Source of the DNA: Bacillota bacterium
GTDB lineage: Bacteria; Bacillota; Negativicutes; Sporomusales; Sporomusaceae
Direction of reading: 5' to 3'
NCBI GenBank assembly: GCA_017889705.1
Contig: JAGGAB010000010.1
Coordinates: 3,636 to 67,635 of the forward strand
Length of the DNA: 64,000 nt
Under the pieces are notes generated by a model. It was not told the origin of the DNA and made no database searches. It was given only the letters and a program-made list of their open reading frames with translations. Shown here piece after piece: positions 49,639 through 59,586 of the stretch; the first letter of the stretch is position 1; each line of letters starts with the position of its first letter. A program made the translations under genes and the position numbers.

Positions 49639-49760
49639 ATACCTAACCCGTTCTAATACTCCCGTCATCGTAGACGGGAGTAAAGGACGGCTAGACGTTA
49701 GGATAATTCGACTAAGATTCAGGTGAGGTTAAAAACCCATCTGAATCAAGTCTCATTTAT
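49639..49760. repeat. ~120-bp two-hairpin intergenic repeat (MITE-like)
   Basis: TACTCCCGTC-atcgta-GACGGGAGTA and GATTCAGGTG...CATCTGAATC; recalls a dispersed clostridial repeat (from memory, unchecked). Confidence 0.55.
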
Positions 49761-49933
49761 CGTTAGTGTGTACATGGCGAGAAAAAAAATAAGAAGTTAT
49801 TAAAAAATTTTACAAAGCATGTATAAAGACTGCCGAGAATGCCAATATTATGAATGTAAATTTTCTCCTCTCCCATAATTGACGGCCTTCGGGTCGTCCC
49901 TTTTTTTTAGGAAAGTATCTTACTTATTTTAAG

Positions 49934-52006
49934 TTATCGGCAAAAAATCATAGCAAATTTATCGCCAAACCAATCCTGCAGAGTTTTCCATACTTTTTCT
50001 AAATGCGCAGTTGAACATACAGTTGCCTGGGCAGCGCTTCTCGCTTCCAGTAAAATGTCAGTATCTCTCACAATATCAGCAATTTTCAAATCAGGAAGCC
50101 CATGTTGATTGGTACCGAAAAATTGTCCAGGCCCCCGTAGCAGCAGATCTTTTTCTGCAAGTTCAAACCCATCACTTACCCGGGTCATAATGGTAAGCCG
50201 TTCCACAGTCTCTTCATTAGTACTGTCAGATAACAAAATGCAATACGATTTATGAATACCCCGGCCAACCCGGCCACGCAACTGATGAAGCTGTGCCAGA
50301 CCGAAACGATCGGCTCCTTCGACAATCATTACGGTTGCATTAGGAACATTGACGCCAACTTCAATTACAGTAGTGGCAACAAGGGCTTTTATTTCGCCAC
50401 AGGAAAAAGCCGCCATGACAGCTTCTTTTTCCTGAGATTTCATTTTGCCATGCAGTAAACCACAAGCGATGTTTTTAAAATATGTTGCGGAAAGTTCTTC
50501 ATGGATTGTTACTGCTGCTTGGGCCTCCACTTTTTCGGATTCATCAACCAGTGGACACACAATATATGCTTGCCGCCCAGCTTTAATTTGTTCGACTGCA
50601 AACTGATACACTTTATCCCGTCGATTGTTCCCGCGGAAATAAGTAGCAATTGGCTGTCGTCCAGGTGGCAATTCTCGAATGACCGATACATCAAGATCGC
50701 CATACACAGTGAGTGCCATAGTGCGCGGAATAGGTGTCGCAGTCATAATCAACACGTCAGGTAGATTTCCTTTGGCCTCAAGCCGCGCCCGCTGACGCAC
50801 GCCAAATCTATGTTGTTCATCAGTAACTACCAGCCCCAATTGCGCAAATTCGACATCCTCCTGAATTAGCGCATGGGTGCCAACAACTACATCAATAAGA
50901 CCTTCCTTAAAATGACACAATGTTTTTTCCCGTTTACTCCGGGTTTGTTTGCCTGTCAGTATAGCTAGGCGAATACCCTGCGGTGCCAATAATTGGGCCA
51001 GAGAGTGATAATGCTGTTCGGCTAATATCTCGGTAGGCGCCATCATTGCACCCTGATACCCATTTTCCACAGTCTTGGTCAGAGCCAGCGCCGCAATAAC
51101 AGTTTTGCCTGAACCAACATCACCTTGAACCAGCCGTTGCATGGGCGTGGTATCTTCCATATCTGCCTTAATTTCCTGTAAGGTTTTACACTGATCCTTA
51201 GTCAGAGAAAATGGTAGATTTTCTTCCACCTTGGCCACCAATGCGCCATCAGGCGCATGTTTAATTCCCTTAGAGCTATATTTGGTTTTGTTCTTTACAT
51301 ATGCCAACCCGCATTGCAATAAATAGAGTTCCTCAAAAACTAAACGCCGCCGTGCTTGTGCCAAAATCTCCATACTTTCCGGAAAGTGGATATTGGCTAA
51401 GGCCTTATACCGCTCCATCAACTTATTTTTTTCTATTATTTCCTGAGGAAGCGTTTCGTCAGCCTCCGAAGGTAACGAATTTTGTAAAAGCTCCACAGCC
51501 TGCTGTGTCAAAGAACGTATGCGCCATTGCGGCAAGTCCTCAGTAGCCGGATAAACAGGAATAATGTGGCCGGAGCCAACATTATACTCGGCAGCCAACT
51601 CAATATCAGGTTTATTTATTTCAATGATATGCTGACGCCGCTGAATTTTTCCTGATATAATAAGCTCCATCCCTGGTTTATATTTATTTTTGAGATATGA
51701 TTGATTAAACCAGGTAAGGTATGCAACGCCTGAAATGTCACGGACGACAACTTTGAGTATTTTAAGACCCCGCCGTGCTTTGGGCTCGTTAACATCAATG
51801 ACCACCGCTTGAAAGCTTCCATACAACCCGTCAGTCAGCTCGGCAATTAGCTTAAGCGAACTCCGATCTTCATACCGGCGCGGATAATGGCCTAGAAGCT
51901 GAGAAATAGTAGCAATTCCAATTTTATTAAATTTAGCAGCATTAGCAGGTCCTACACCTTTTAAATACTGTATTTTGTTTGATAACATATTTTGAATGAG
52001 AATCAC
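49934..52006 (-). CDS. recG: ATP-dependent DNA helicase RecG
   Basis: GDVGSGKT, DEQH, TATPIPR, QLRGRVGR. Confidence 0.96.
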   Translation of the reverse strand: MILIQNMLSNKIQYLKGVGPANAAKFNKIGIATISQLLGHYPRRYEDRSSLKLIAELTDGLYGSFQAVVIDVNEPKARRGLKILKVVVRDISGVAYLTWFNQSYLKNKYKPGMELIISGKIQRRQHIIEINKPDIELAAEYNVGSGHIIPVYPATEDLPQWRIRSLTQQAVELLQNSLPSEADETLPQEIIEKNKLMERYKALANIHFPESMEILAQARRRLVFEELYLLQCGLAYVKNKTKYSSKGIKHAPDGALVAKVEENLPFSLTKDQCKTLQEIKADMEDTTPMQRLVQGDVGSGKTVIAALALTKTVENGYQGAMMAPTEILAEQHYHSLAQLLAPQGIRLAILTGKQTRSKREKTLCHFKEGLIDVVVGTHALIQEDVEFAQLGLVVTDEQHRFGVRQRARLEAKGNLPDVLIMTATPIPRTMALTVYGDLDVSVIRELPPGRQPIATYFRGNNRRDKVYQFAVEQIKAGRQAYIVCPLVDESEKVEAQAAVTIHEELSATYFKNIACGLLHGKMKSQEKEAVMAAFSCGEIKALVATTVIEVGVNVPNATVMIVEGADRFGLAQLHQLRGRVGRGIHKSYCILLSDSTNEETVERLTIMTRVSDGFELAEKDLLLRGPGQFFGTNQHGLPDLKIADIVRDTDILLEARSAAQATVCSTAHLEKVWKTLQDWFGDKFAMIFCR

Positions 52007-52013
52007 CTTGCGA

Positions 52014-52214
52014 TTATTGGTTTTTAACCAGTAATTTATTTAATTCCAAAAGTAACGCTTCAATATCAATATCATGCATATAGGCACCATTTTCTATGGT
52101 TTCCGTCGTTGAACCCATACAGCCAATACAACCCATGCCATGCTTGATGAATATTTCGCGAGCCTGCGGATGCGAACGCAGTGCGTCAATTATCGGAGTG
52201 CTCTTAGTAATCAT
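52014..52214 (-). CDS. DUF1858 domain protein
   Basis: HGMGCIGC...ETIE. Confidence 0.85.
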   Translation of the reverse strand: MITKSTPIIDALRSHPQAREIFIKHGMGCIGCMGSTTETIENGAYMHDIDIEALLLELNKLLVKNQ

Positions 52215-52408
52215 AGTGAAGCCCCCCTCAATTTACTTATTTCTATTTTCAATATCATACGCACAATTCCTGCTAAAGTACACTATTTACAAGGTATTTA
52301 TGAAATATCCAATGAAAATTTTATTTGCCCTTGCATATCATAACTAAATTATGCTAAAATAGTCGTGTTGACTATGAGAGAATAAAATCCTACAGGAGGT
52401 GGAAATAG

Positions 52409-52600
52409 ATGGCAAATTTATGTGAGATTTGCGGTAAAGGTGAGCGTTCAGGCTTCAATGTCAGCCATTCCAACCTTAAAACCAAGCGCACTTGGAAACC
52501 TAATATACAAAAAGTTAAAGCATTAGTTAAAGGTGAAATTAAGCGGGTTAATATCTGTACTCGTTGCCTGCGTTCCGGTAAAATCCAACGCGCAGTCTAA
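52409..52600 (+). CDS. rpmB: 50S ribosomal protein L28
   Basis: CEICGK, VSHS..KTKRTWKPN, CTRCLRS. Confidence 0.96.
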   Translation: MANLCEICGKGERSGFNVSHSNLKTKRTWKPNIQKVKALVKGEIKRVNICTRCLRSGKIQRAV

Positions 52601-52787
52601 TTAATGTAAGCCATTGAGGACTTGTTTACAAGTCCTTTTTTATTTTGTTAAAGAAAACCTGACTTGCGCCGAGCTTTTGGATAAGCACAAATCGATCTTG
52701 TCCTTATCCTGTTTTAAAAAAAGTTATACTTTCTGTTAGGCAAATAAAAACAACAGCGGCATTACTTCCACTGTTGTTTTTATTTGC

Positions 52788-53660
52788 CTATTTTTTTGTT
52801 TCTATTTCTTGCAATATCGCTGTAAGCTCCTGTGCGGAAAACTGATACTTTTCACTGCAAAAATGACAGCATACTTCTGCCTGGCCATCAGTAATCATCG
52901 CCTTAATTTCGTCAGCGCCAAGACTGATAAGCATATTCTCAACCCGTTCCCGCGAACATTGACAATTAAACTCCAGTTCTACCGGATCATATACAGTAGT
53001 TGGCAATCCGGCAAATACTATTTCTAAAATGGCTTTTGCATCTTTGCCTTCACTAACCAATTGAGAAACCGGCGGCAAATGCTGTAGATTGGCTTCCAGT
53101 TGAGTAATTGCATCCTCCTCTGCACCAGGCAGAGCCTGAATAAAAAAACCGCCTGCCGCCGCCACAGTCGCATCTGGGGCAATTAGCACGCCCAAAGCAA
53201 CGCTTGACGGTGTTTGTTCTGATACCATTAAATATTGTGTTATATCTTCGGCTATTTCACCGGAAACCAGCTCAGCGCTGCTGGTAAAAGGCTGCTTAAG
53301 ACCAACAAAGCGAGTGACATGAATATGTCCGTTACCAACAGCCTGTCCGACATCCCATTTCCCCTCTTTTAGCGGCAAATCCACAAACGGATTTCGGACA
53401 TAGCCGCGCACTGAACCGTCAGGACAAGCATCTGCGACTATTTCTTTCAGCGGCCCATCCCCTGATATTCTTACAGTCAGGGCCTCCTGATTTTTCAAAT
53501 TAGCTGCTAGCAATAATGCTCCTGTCATGGTACGCCCCAATGCCGCTGTAGCTATCGGAAAACAGTCATGCCTACGCCGGGCTTCTTCCACTAAGTTCGT
53601 GGTAACAGCCGCAAAGGCACGAAGTCCGGGCGCTGTAGCCCGGGCAAGATGATCGTGCAT
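52788..53660 (-). CDS. hslO: Hsp33 redox chaperone
   Basis: ALGR, SGEIAED, SEQTPS, CQC...CHFC. Confidence 0.95.
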   Translation of the reverse strand: MHDHLARATAPGLRAFAAVTTNLVEEARRRHDCFPIATAALGRTMTGALLLAANLKNQEALTVRISGDGPLKEIVADACPDGSVRGYVRNPFVDLPLKEGKWDVGQAVGNGHIHVTRFVGLKQPFTSSAELVSGEIAEDITQYLMVSEQTPSSVALGVLIAPDATVAAAGGFFIQALPGAEEDAITQLEANLQHLPPVSQLVSEGKDAKAILEIVFAGLPTTVYDPVELEFNCQCSRERVENMLISLGADEIKAMITDGQAEVCCHFCSEKYQFSAQELTAILQEIETKK

Positions 53661-53675
53661 AATATCCTCCGAATC

Positions 53676-54233
53676 TCAAACCAAAACCTCAGATTGAAGA
53701 GGCTGGCCTGTTACTATCTCTATTATTTCAACTTTATTGTCATTTATCCAGGCAATGGTGTTTTTACCATCTGGGCGTTTAGTCATACCAGGTGAGCCCG
53801 GGTTAACATAGATTGTATTATTATGTTTTTCCAAAACAGCAATATGGGTATGGCCGGTAATAAAAATATCGGCTTTAAGTCGCTGGGCAAGTTCCTGCTT
53901 TGCTTCTTCTGTAAGATTATGCCCGTGAGTTACAACAACCCGCAAGCCATTTAGCAAAAGATACGTGTATGGCGATTGTATCGGCAAATTAAGTACCATG
54001 CCATCAACTTCAGCATCACAATTGCCACAGGCAGTTACTATGGGAACCGGGCAGTTGTTAAGCACCTCAGCCAACTGCTTCGGATTATACTCAGCCGGAA
54101 TAACATTGCGCGGGCCATGATAAAGTACATCCCCGGCATGAATGATTAGATCGGCATCATGAAAGTAGGTGGCAAATACCTTGTTCCAGGTATCCAGACA
54201 ACCGTGTGTATCGCTGATTATGCCTATTTTCAT
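53676..54233 (-). CDS. yfcE: YfcE-family phosphodiesterase
   Basis: SDTHG, GDVLYHGPRN, GNCD, GHTH, NPGS. Confidence 0.88.
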   Translation of the reverse strand: MKIGIISDTHGCLDTWNKVFATYFHDADLIIHAGDVLYHGPRNVIPAEYNPKQLAEVLNNCPVPIVTACGNCDAEVDGMVLNLPIQSPYTYLLLNGLRVVVTHGHNLTEEAKQELAQRLKADIFITGHTHIAVLEKHNNTIYVNPGSPGMTKRPDGKNTIAWINDNKVEIIEIVTGQPLQSEVLV

Positions 54234-54249
54234 AGCAATCCTCCTGAAA

Positions 54250-54720
54250 CTATAAACCCTTGAGCAAATTGGCCATTTCAATTGCTGAAACAGCGGCATC
54301 AAAACCTTTGTTACCAGCCTTGGTACCGGCACGTTCAATAGCTTGTTCAATAGTATCAGTGGTCAATACACCGAAGATTGTAGGAACACCGCTTTCTAAG
54401 CCTACATGCGCTACCCCTTTGGAAACTTCGGCGCAAACATAGTCATAATGACTTGTGCTGCCTCTAATAACCGTCCCTAAGCAAATAACAGCATCATATT
54501 TTTTGCTTGCAGCCATTTTCTTAGCGGCAAGCGGAATTTCGAAAGCACCTGGCACCCAGGCAATTTCCACATCTTCGGCAATAGCGCCATGACGTTTCAA
54601 AGCATCAATTGCGCCCCCTAAGAGCTTGCTGGTAATAAATTCATTAAACCGGGCAATGATAATGCCAAATTTTAATCCTTCCGCTACTAAGTTGCCTTCA
54701 TAGGTTTTCATGTTATCCAT
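54250..54720 (-). CDS. ribH: 6,7-dimethyl-8-ribityllumazine synthase
   Basis: [23 protein letters not shown]. Confidence 0.95.
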   Translation of the reverse strand: MDNMKTYEGNLVAEGLKFGIIIARFNEFITSKLLGGAIDALKRHGAIAEDVEIAWVPGAFEIPLAAKKMAASKKYDAVICLGTVIRGSTSHYDYVCAEVSKGVAHVGLESGVPTIFGVLTTDTIEQAIERAGTKAGNKGFDAAVSAIEMANLLKGL

Positions 54721-55933
54721 TGTTTTGTGCCTCCTCATATTGTTTTAACAGATGTCCAAGTTTGGATTTTTTGGCTGACAGGTACCGATTATTAAACTTA
54801 TTTGCCATAATTTCAAGTGGTACACGTTCACTGATAGTTAACCCATAGCCTTCTAAGCCTACCCGCTTACGAGGATTGTTGGTAAGTAGGCGAATACTGC
54901 TCAAACCTAAGTCTGACAGAATTTGTGCACCAATACCATAGTCTCTAAGATCAGGGGCAAAGCCTAACAATTCATTGGCTTCTACCGTGTCTTTCCCTTT
55001 ATCCTGCAATGCATATGCCCGGATTTTATTGGCTAAGCCAATCCCCCGGCCTTCTTGCCGCATATATAGAAGTACTCCTGTTTCTTCTTTTTCGATGCGT
55101 CGTAAAGCGTGAGCCAATTGATCTCCACAATCGCAGCGCAATGAACCTAACACATCGCCTGTCAAACATTCGGAATGTACTCTGACCAATACATTTTCTT
55201 TGTTGTTTACGTCGCCTTTAACCAAAGCAATATGGCACTGGTTGTCAAGCTGGCTTTCGTAGGCAATCAGCTTGAAGTCACCGTATTTAGTCGGCAGATT
55301 GGTTTCGGCTGCCCTAGTAACAAACCGTTCGTGTTTTTTGCGGTACTTTATCAAATCGGCAATCGTGACAATTTTTAGATCATGTTTTTTTACAAACTCC
55401 ATTAACTCCGGTGTACGAGCCATAGTACCATCTTCATTCATAATCTCACAAATAACCCCGGCAGGATATAAACCAGCCAGCTTGGCCAAATCGACAGATG
55501 CCTCAGTATGGCCGCAGCGTCTGAGCACACCGCCATCACAATACCTTAATGGAAAAATGTGGCCTGGACGTCTAAGGTCAGTTGCGACAGCCTTAGAGTC
55601 TAATATAGCCTGAATTGTTTCAGAGCGTTCATAGGCCGATATTCCGGTTGACGTCGTTTTTGCATCTACTGAAACCGTAAAGGCAGTACAATGATTATCG
55701 GTATTCTCACTTACCATTTGTCCAATATCAAGCTCGTCTAACCGGCTGCCGATAACCGGCATGCAAATTAGGCCGCGCGCATGGGTTGCCATAAAGTTTA
55801 TAACTTCCGGTGTCGCTTTTTCGGCGGCCACCAACAAATCGCCTTCATTCTCTCGGTCTTCATCATCAATGACAACTACCATTTTGCCATTTCTCACATC
55901 TTCAATAGCTTCTTCAATGGTATTGAACTTCAC
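54713..55933 (-). CDS. ribBA: DHBP synthase / GTP cyclohydrolase II
   Basis: [31 protein letters not shown]. Confidence 0.95.
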   Translation of the reverse strand: MKFNTIEEAIEDVRNGKMVVVIDDEDRENEGDLLVAAEKATPEVINFMATHARGLICMPVIGSRLDELDIGQMVSENTDNHCTAFTVSVDAKTTSTGISAYERSETIQAILDSKAVATDLRRPGHIFPLRYCDGGVLRRCGHTEASVDLAKLAGLYPAGVICEIMNEDGTMARTPELMEFVKKHDLKIVTIADLIKYRKKHERFVTRAAETNLPTKYGDFKLIAYESQLDNQCHIALVKGDVNNKENVLVRVHSECLTGDVLGSLRCDCGDQLAHALRRIEKEETGVLLYMRQEGRGIGLANKIRAYALQDKGKDTVEANELLGFAPDLRDYGIGAQILSDLGLSSIRLLTNNPRKRVGLEGYGLTISERVPLEIMANKFNNRYLSAKKSKLGHLLKQYEEAQNNG

Positions 55934-55974
55934 GTAAATTCCCCCGTTTCGTTTGCCGCTTTATCAGCTAAAGC

Positions 55975-56628
55975 TTATATGTTAAATCCATGCTGTTCGA
56001 GAAATCCCAGTGTTATTTTTTCGGCTGGTTTGGTGGCGGGCTGCAGCCCTAACAGCTTCTCCACGTATTTACCGATAACATCTGCTTCCAAATTCACCGG
56101 TTCGCCAATTGCTTTTAAGCCCACTGTAGTCATAGATGCCGTATGCGGAATAAGTGATACGGTAAACCAGTTATCGCCAAAATCAACGACCGTGAGGCTG
56201 GTGCCGTCGATAGCAATCGAGCCTTTGCTGATAATATAGCGCATAACCTCAGCTCCAGCTCCAATGCGTACAATTACGGCATTATCATTTTGCTCCTTGG
56301 CTAGTATAGTTCCTACCCCGTCAATATGACCACTTACAATATGCCCTCCCAAGCGATCGCCAACGCGCAAGGTGCGTTCAAGATTGACTGTGTCTCCCGC
56401 TTTAAGGCCGGATAATGCAGTGCGGTCCACAGTTTCAGGCATAACATCGGCAGTAAACCAATCCCGGCTAAAATCAACTACTGTCAGACAGGTACCATTT
56501 ACAGCGATACTATCACCTGTTTTTACATCTTCCAGTACTTTGCTGCCAAAAATCGAAAGCCGGACTGATTTCGCACCGCGCACAATTTGTTTAACTTTCC
56601 CCAGTTCCTCCACAAGCCCGGTAAACAT
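55975..56628 (-). CDS. ribE: Riboflavin synthase
   Basis: MFTG start, GDSIAVNGTCLTV, GGHIVSGH. Confidence 0.95.
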   Translation of the reverse strand: MFTGLVEELGKVKQIVRGAKSVRLSIFGSKVLEDVKTGDSIAVNGTCLTVVDFSRDWFTADVMPETVDRTALSGLKAGDTVNLERTLRVGDRLGGHIVSGHIDGVGTILAKEQNDNAVIVRIGAGAEVMRYIISKGSIAIDGTSLTVVDFGDNWFTVSLIPHTASMTTVGLKAIGEPVNLEADVIGKYVEKLLGLQPATKPAEKITLGFLEQHGFNI

Positions 56629-57727
56629 CGCACCCCTCCCGTCCGACTACATAACCGCTTATTAATATATCATCACCAATGGTTTGTGTCGTAATGTTTT
56701 CCAACATAATCGCTTGATCAACTTGGTCAACGCCATTACCGCCAACTGGTCCAGGCGCTTTTTTGCCGCCAATTATTTTGGGAGCAACAAAAGAGTAGAC
56801 CTTGTCAATCAGATTATCTGCTAACAGCGAAGCATTTATGGTTGCCCCACCTTCAATAAATACACTGGTTATCCGCTTTTCTCCCAAAACTTTAAACAAT
56901 TGACGTAGCTTAACCCCTTGCGTATTCTGCTCAAGCACTAATACCTCTACCCCTAGCTTTCGCAGTGCTTCAACCCGTTCAACCGGCGCCTCGCGGCCTA
57001 CTGCAATAATGGTTGGTGCTTCTTTGTCTGTTACCACATTAGCAGTCAGCGGTGTGCGCGCCATAGTATCTACAATGATTCGCACCGGGTTATGACCGCC
57101 TTCCAGTAAGCGGGTGGTTAGTTTAGGGTTATCGGCAAGGATTGTGCCAACACCTACCAATATACCATCATAGATATCGCGCAGTTTATGAACATACTCT
57201 CTGGCTGATGCGCTTGTTATCCACTTAGAATGTCCGGTATGCGCAGCAATTTTTCCGTCAAGCGTCATTGCTGTTTTAAGAATGCCAAACGGCATGCCTG
57301 TTGTAATCCACTTAAGAAATACTTCATTGATTTGGATAGCCTCTGCTATTAATACGCCTTCAACAACCTCAATACCGGCAGCCCGCAGGCGGGTTAAACC
57401 ATTGCCGGCGACCTCAGGATTAGGATCAGTCATGGCGACAACGACTTTTTTTACGCCGGCCTCAATCAAAGCATCGGCGCAAGGACCGGTCCGCCCATGA
57501 TGGGAACATGGTTCAAGAGTAACATAAATTGTCGCACCTTTAGCAAGCTCACCGGCTTGAGCTAATGCGTGAACTTCCGCATGTGGGGTACCAGCCTTAC
57601 GATGCCAGCCTTGACCAACTATACGACCATCTTTTACAATAACGGCACCGACTAACGGATTAGGGCTGGTTCGGCCGGTTGCATACCGGGCAATGGCAAG
57701 TGCCTGTTGCATATAAAATTCATCCAT
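56591..57727 (-). CDS. ribD: Riboflavin deaminase/reductase
   Basis: PNPLVG, HAE, EPC..C, EGG. Confidence 0.95.
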   Translation of the reverse strand: MDEFYMQQALAIARYATGRTSPNPLVGAVIVKDGRIVGQGWHRKAGTPHAEVHALAQAGELAKGATIYVTLEPCSHHGRTGPCADALIEAGVKKVVVAMTDPNPEVAGNGLTRLRAAGIEVVEGVLIAEAIQINEVFLKWITTGMPFGILKTAMTLDGKIAAHTGHSKWITSASAREYVHKLRDIYDGILVGVGTILADNPKLTTRLLEGGHNPVRIIVDTMARTPLTANVVTDKEAPTIIAVGREAPVERVEALRKLGVEVLVLEQNTQGVKLRQLFKVLGEKRITSVFIEGGATINASLLADNLIDKVYSFVAPKIIGGKKAPGPVGGNGVDQVDQAIMLENITTQTIGDDILISGYVVGREGCDVYRACGGTGES

Positions 57728-57837
57728 AGCAATCCCCCAATAAGCTATAAATATATAAAAAAACTGTTGAATAGCTTTGGGGCTATCAACAGTTTAATAG
57801 GCAATATGGTTAGGAAATGCCAATATGGCAGAACTCA

Positions 57838-57968
57838 CGCCTTTTACCATCCAGACTATACTGTCGGCTCTGGAATTAAACCAGATCAACCGTAATAAAC
57901 GGTTCGCGGGCTATACCGCCGGTCAGGAATTAAAAGATTTTACTCTTTTTCACCTTGCCCCAAAGGCT
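57838..57968 (-). promoter_or_regulatory. FMN riboswitch; expression-platform terminator at ~57758-57796
   Basis: GGGGCAAGGTG...AATTCCTGACCGGCGGTATAGCCCGCGA...AATTCCAGAGCCGACAGTATAGTCTGGATG upstream of ribD. Confidence 0.93.
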
Positions 57969-58028
57969 TACATATATAATTTTGTTCAAAAAATAACTTT
58001 CAGCTATATGTTACCATAAACCGGCAAC

Positions 58029-58688
58029 TTAGGCAAGCCCCTTAATATCTTTAATTGCCTGGGTCATATCTGGCGCGCCATAAACCGCTGATCCGGCCAC
58101 TAAGATATTGGCACCGGCAGCAACTACCTGCCTGGCGGTAACAGCATTAATTCCGCCGTCCACTTGAATATCTACACTTAGCCCACGCTGTTCAAGCTGC
58201 ACCTTTAAACGGGCAATTTTATCAACAGCTCCCGGGATGAATTTTTGTCCGCCATACCCCGGATTAACGCTCATAATTAGAATCATATCAACATCACTCA
58301 GTACTTCTTCCACTGCTGCCAACGGTGTGGAAGGATTTAACGATACTCCCGCCTTCTTGCCGCTGTCTTTAATGGCTTGAATCAGGCGATGCAAGTGGGG
58401 AGCAGTTTCGGCATGAACGGTAATAATATCAGCTCCGGCTTGTACAAAAGGCTCAATTAAATCTTGAGGGTTAGTAACCATTAAGTGAACATCAAAGGGC
58501 AATTTAGTTACTTTGCGAATAGCGGTAACAACCGGCGGGCCAAATGTCAGGTTAGGAACGAAATGCCCGTCCATAACATCAATATGAATCCAGTCAGCAC
58601 CTGCTTTTTCTACCTTAACCACTTCATTAGCCAATTGAGAAAAATCAGCAGATAAGATCGACGGAGCTACTTTGATCATAGTATTCAT
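58029..58688 (-). CDS. rpe: Ribulose-phosphate 3-epimerase
   Basis: [25 protein letters not shown]. Confidence 0.96.
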   Translation of the reverse strand: MNTMIKVAPSILSADFSQLANEVVKVEKAGADWIHIDVMDGHFVPNLTFGPPVVTAIRKVTKLPFDVHLMVTNPQDLIEPFVQAGADIITVHAETAPHLHRLIQAIKDSGKKAGVSLNPSTPLAAVEEVLSDVDMILIMSVNPGYGGQKFIPGAVDKIARLKVQLEQRGLSVDIQVDGGINAVTARQVVAAGANILVAGSAVYGAPDMTQAIKDIKGLA

Positions 58689-59564
58689 TTAGTATCCCTT
58701 CTTACTTTCTCTAATTTCATTCAAAATTTCAAGATAAGACTGATAACGTTCGCTATGTATGAGCCCATCAGCCACCGCTTGTTTTACGGCACACTGTGGT
58801 TCCTTGTAATGAACACAGGTATTAAATTTGCATTTAGGAGCTATCGGCGATATCTCCGGAAAATAATCCATGAGATGTGTTTCTTCCATATCACCGAATT
58901 CAGTAAAACTGAATCCCGGAGTGTCCACAACAAAACCGCCACCCTCAAAAGGCAAAAGTTCAGCAAACCGTGTTGTGTGTTTACCACGGCCAATTTTTTG
59001 ACTGACTTCGCCGGTCGTAAGTGCCAGCCCTGGCTGAACAGCATTAAGTATCGTAGACTTTCCAGCACCTGACGGACCGGCAAACACTGTGATTTTATCA
59101 TGAAGCTGGGCACGTAGCTGTTCTATGCCTGTTCCGTCTTTTGCGGCAACACGCAGCACCTTATACCCAATTTGCTCATAACGCGAAGCGAGGTTATCCA
59201 CTACATCAGTGTCCGCTAAATCAATTTTATTGATACATATAATTATCTCAAGTTCTGAGAATTCAGCAATAACCAAAAAACGGTCAACTAAGGTTGGATT
59301 AATATCAGGATTGACCGCGGCGAACGTCAAAACAACCTGATCAATATTCGCAACCATCGGACGCCGTAACAGGCTGTGTCTGGACAGTATCTCTTCAATA
59401 ATGCCTTTTTCCGGCCCGGTCGACGTAAAGGTCACTTCATCTCCTACAATAAGAGAAAAACGTTCTTTTTTAAACCGTCCGCGTAAATTGCAGGTAACAA
59501 TTTTGCTGCCCGACTGTATATAGTAGTAACTATTATACGCCTTTACTACAATACCTTTCTGCAC
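58689..59564 (-). CDS. rsgA: Ribosome small subunit-dependent GTPase A
   Basis: NKID, GPSGAGKS, GKHTT, DTPG, CKF..C.H..EP.C. Confidence 0.95.
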   Translation of the reverse strand: MQKGIVVKAYNSYYYIQSGSKIVTCNLRGRFKKERFSLIVGDEVTFTSTGPEKGIIEEILSRHSLLRRPMVANIDQVVLTFAAVNPDINPTLVDRFLVIAEFSELEIIICINKIDLADTDVVDNLASRYEQIGYKVLRVAAKDGTGIEQLRAQLHDKITVFAGPSGAGKSTILNAVQPGLALTTGEVSQKIGRGKHTTRFAELLPFEGGGFVVDTPGFSFTEFGDMEETHLMDYFPEISPIAPKCKFNTCVHYKEPQCAVKQAVADGLIHSERYQSYLEILNEIRESKKGY

Positions 59565-59586
59565 TCACGGCCTCCTAATCCAATAG

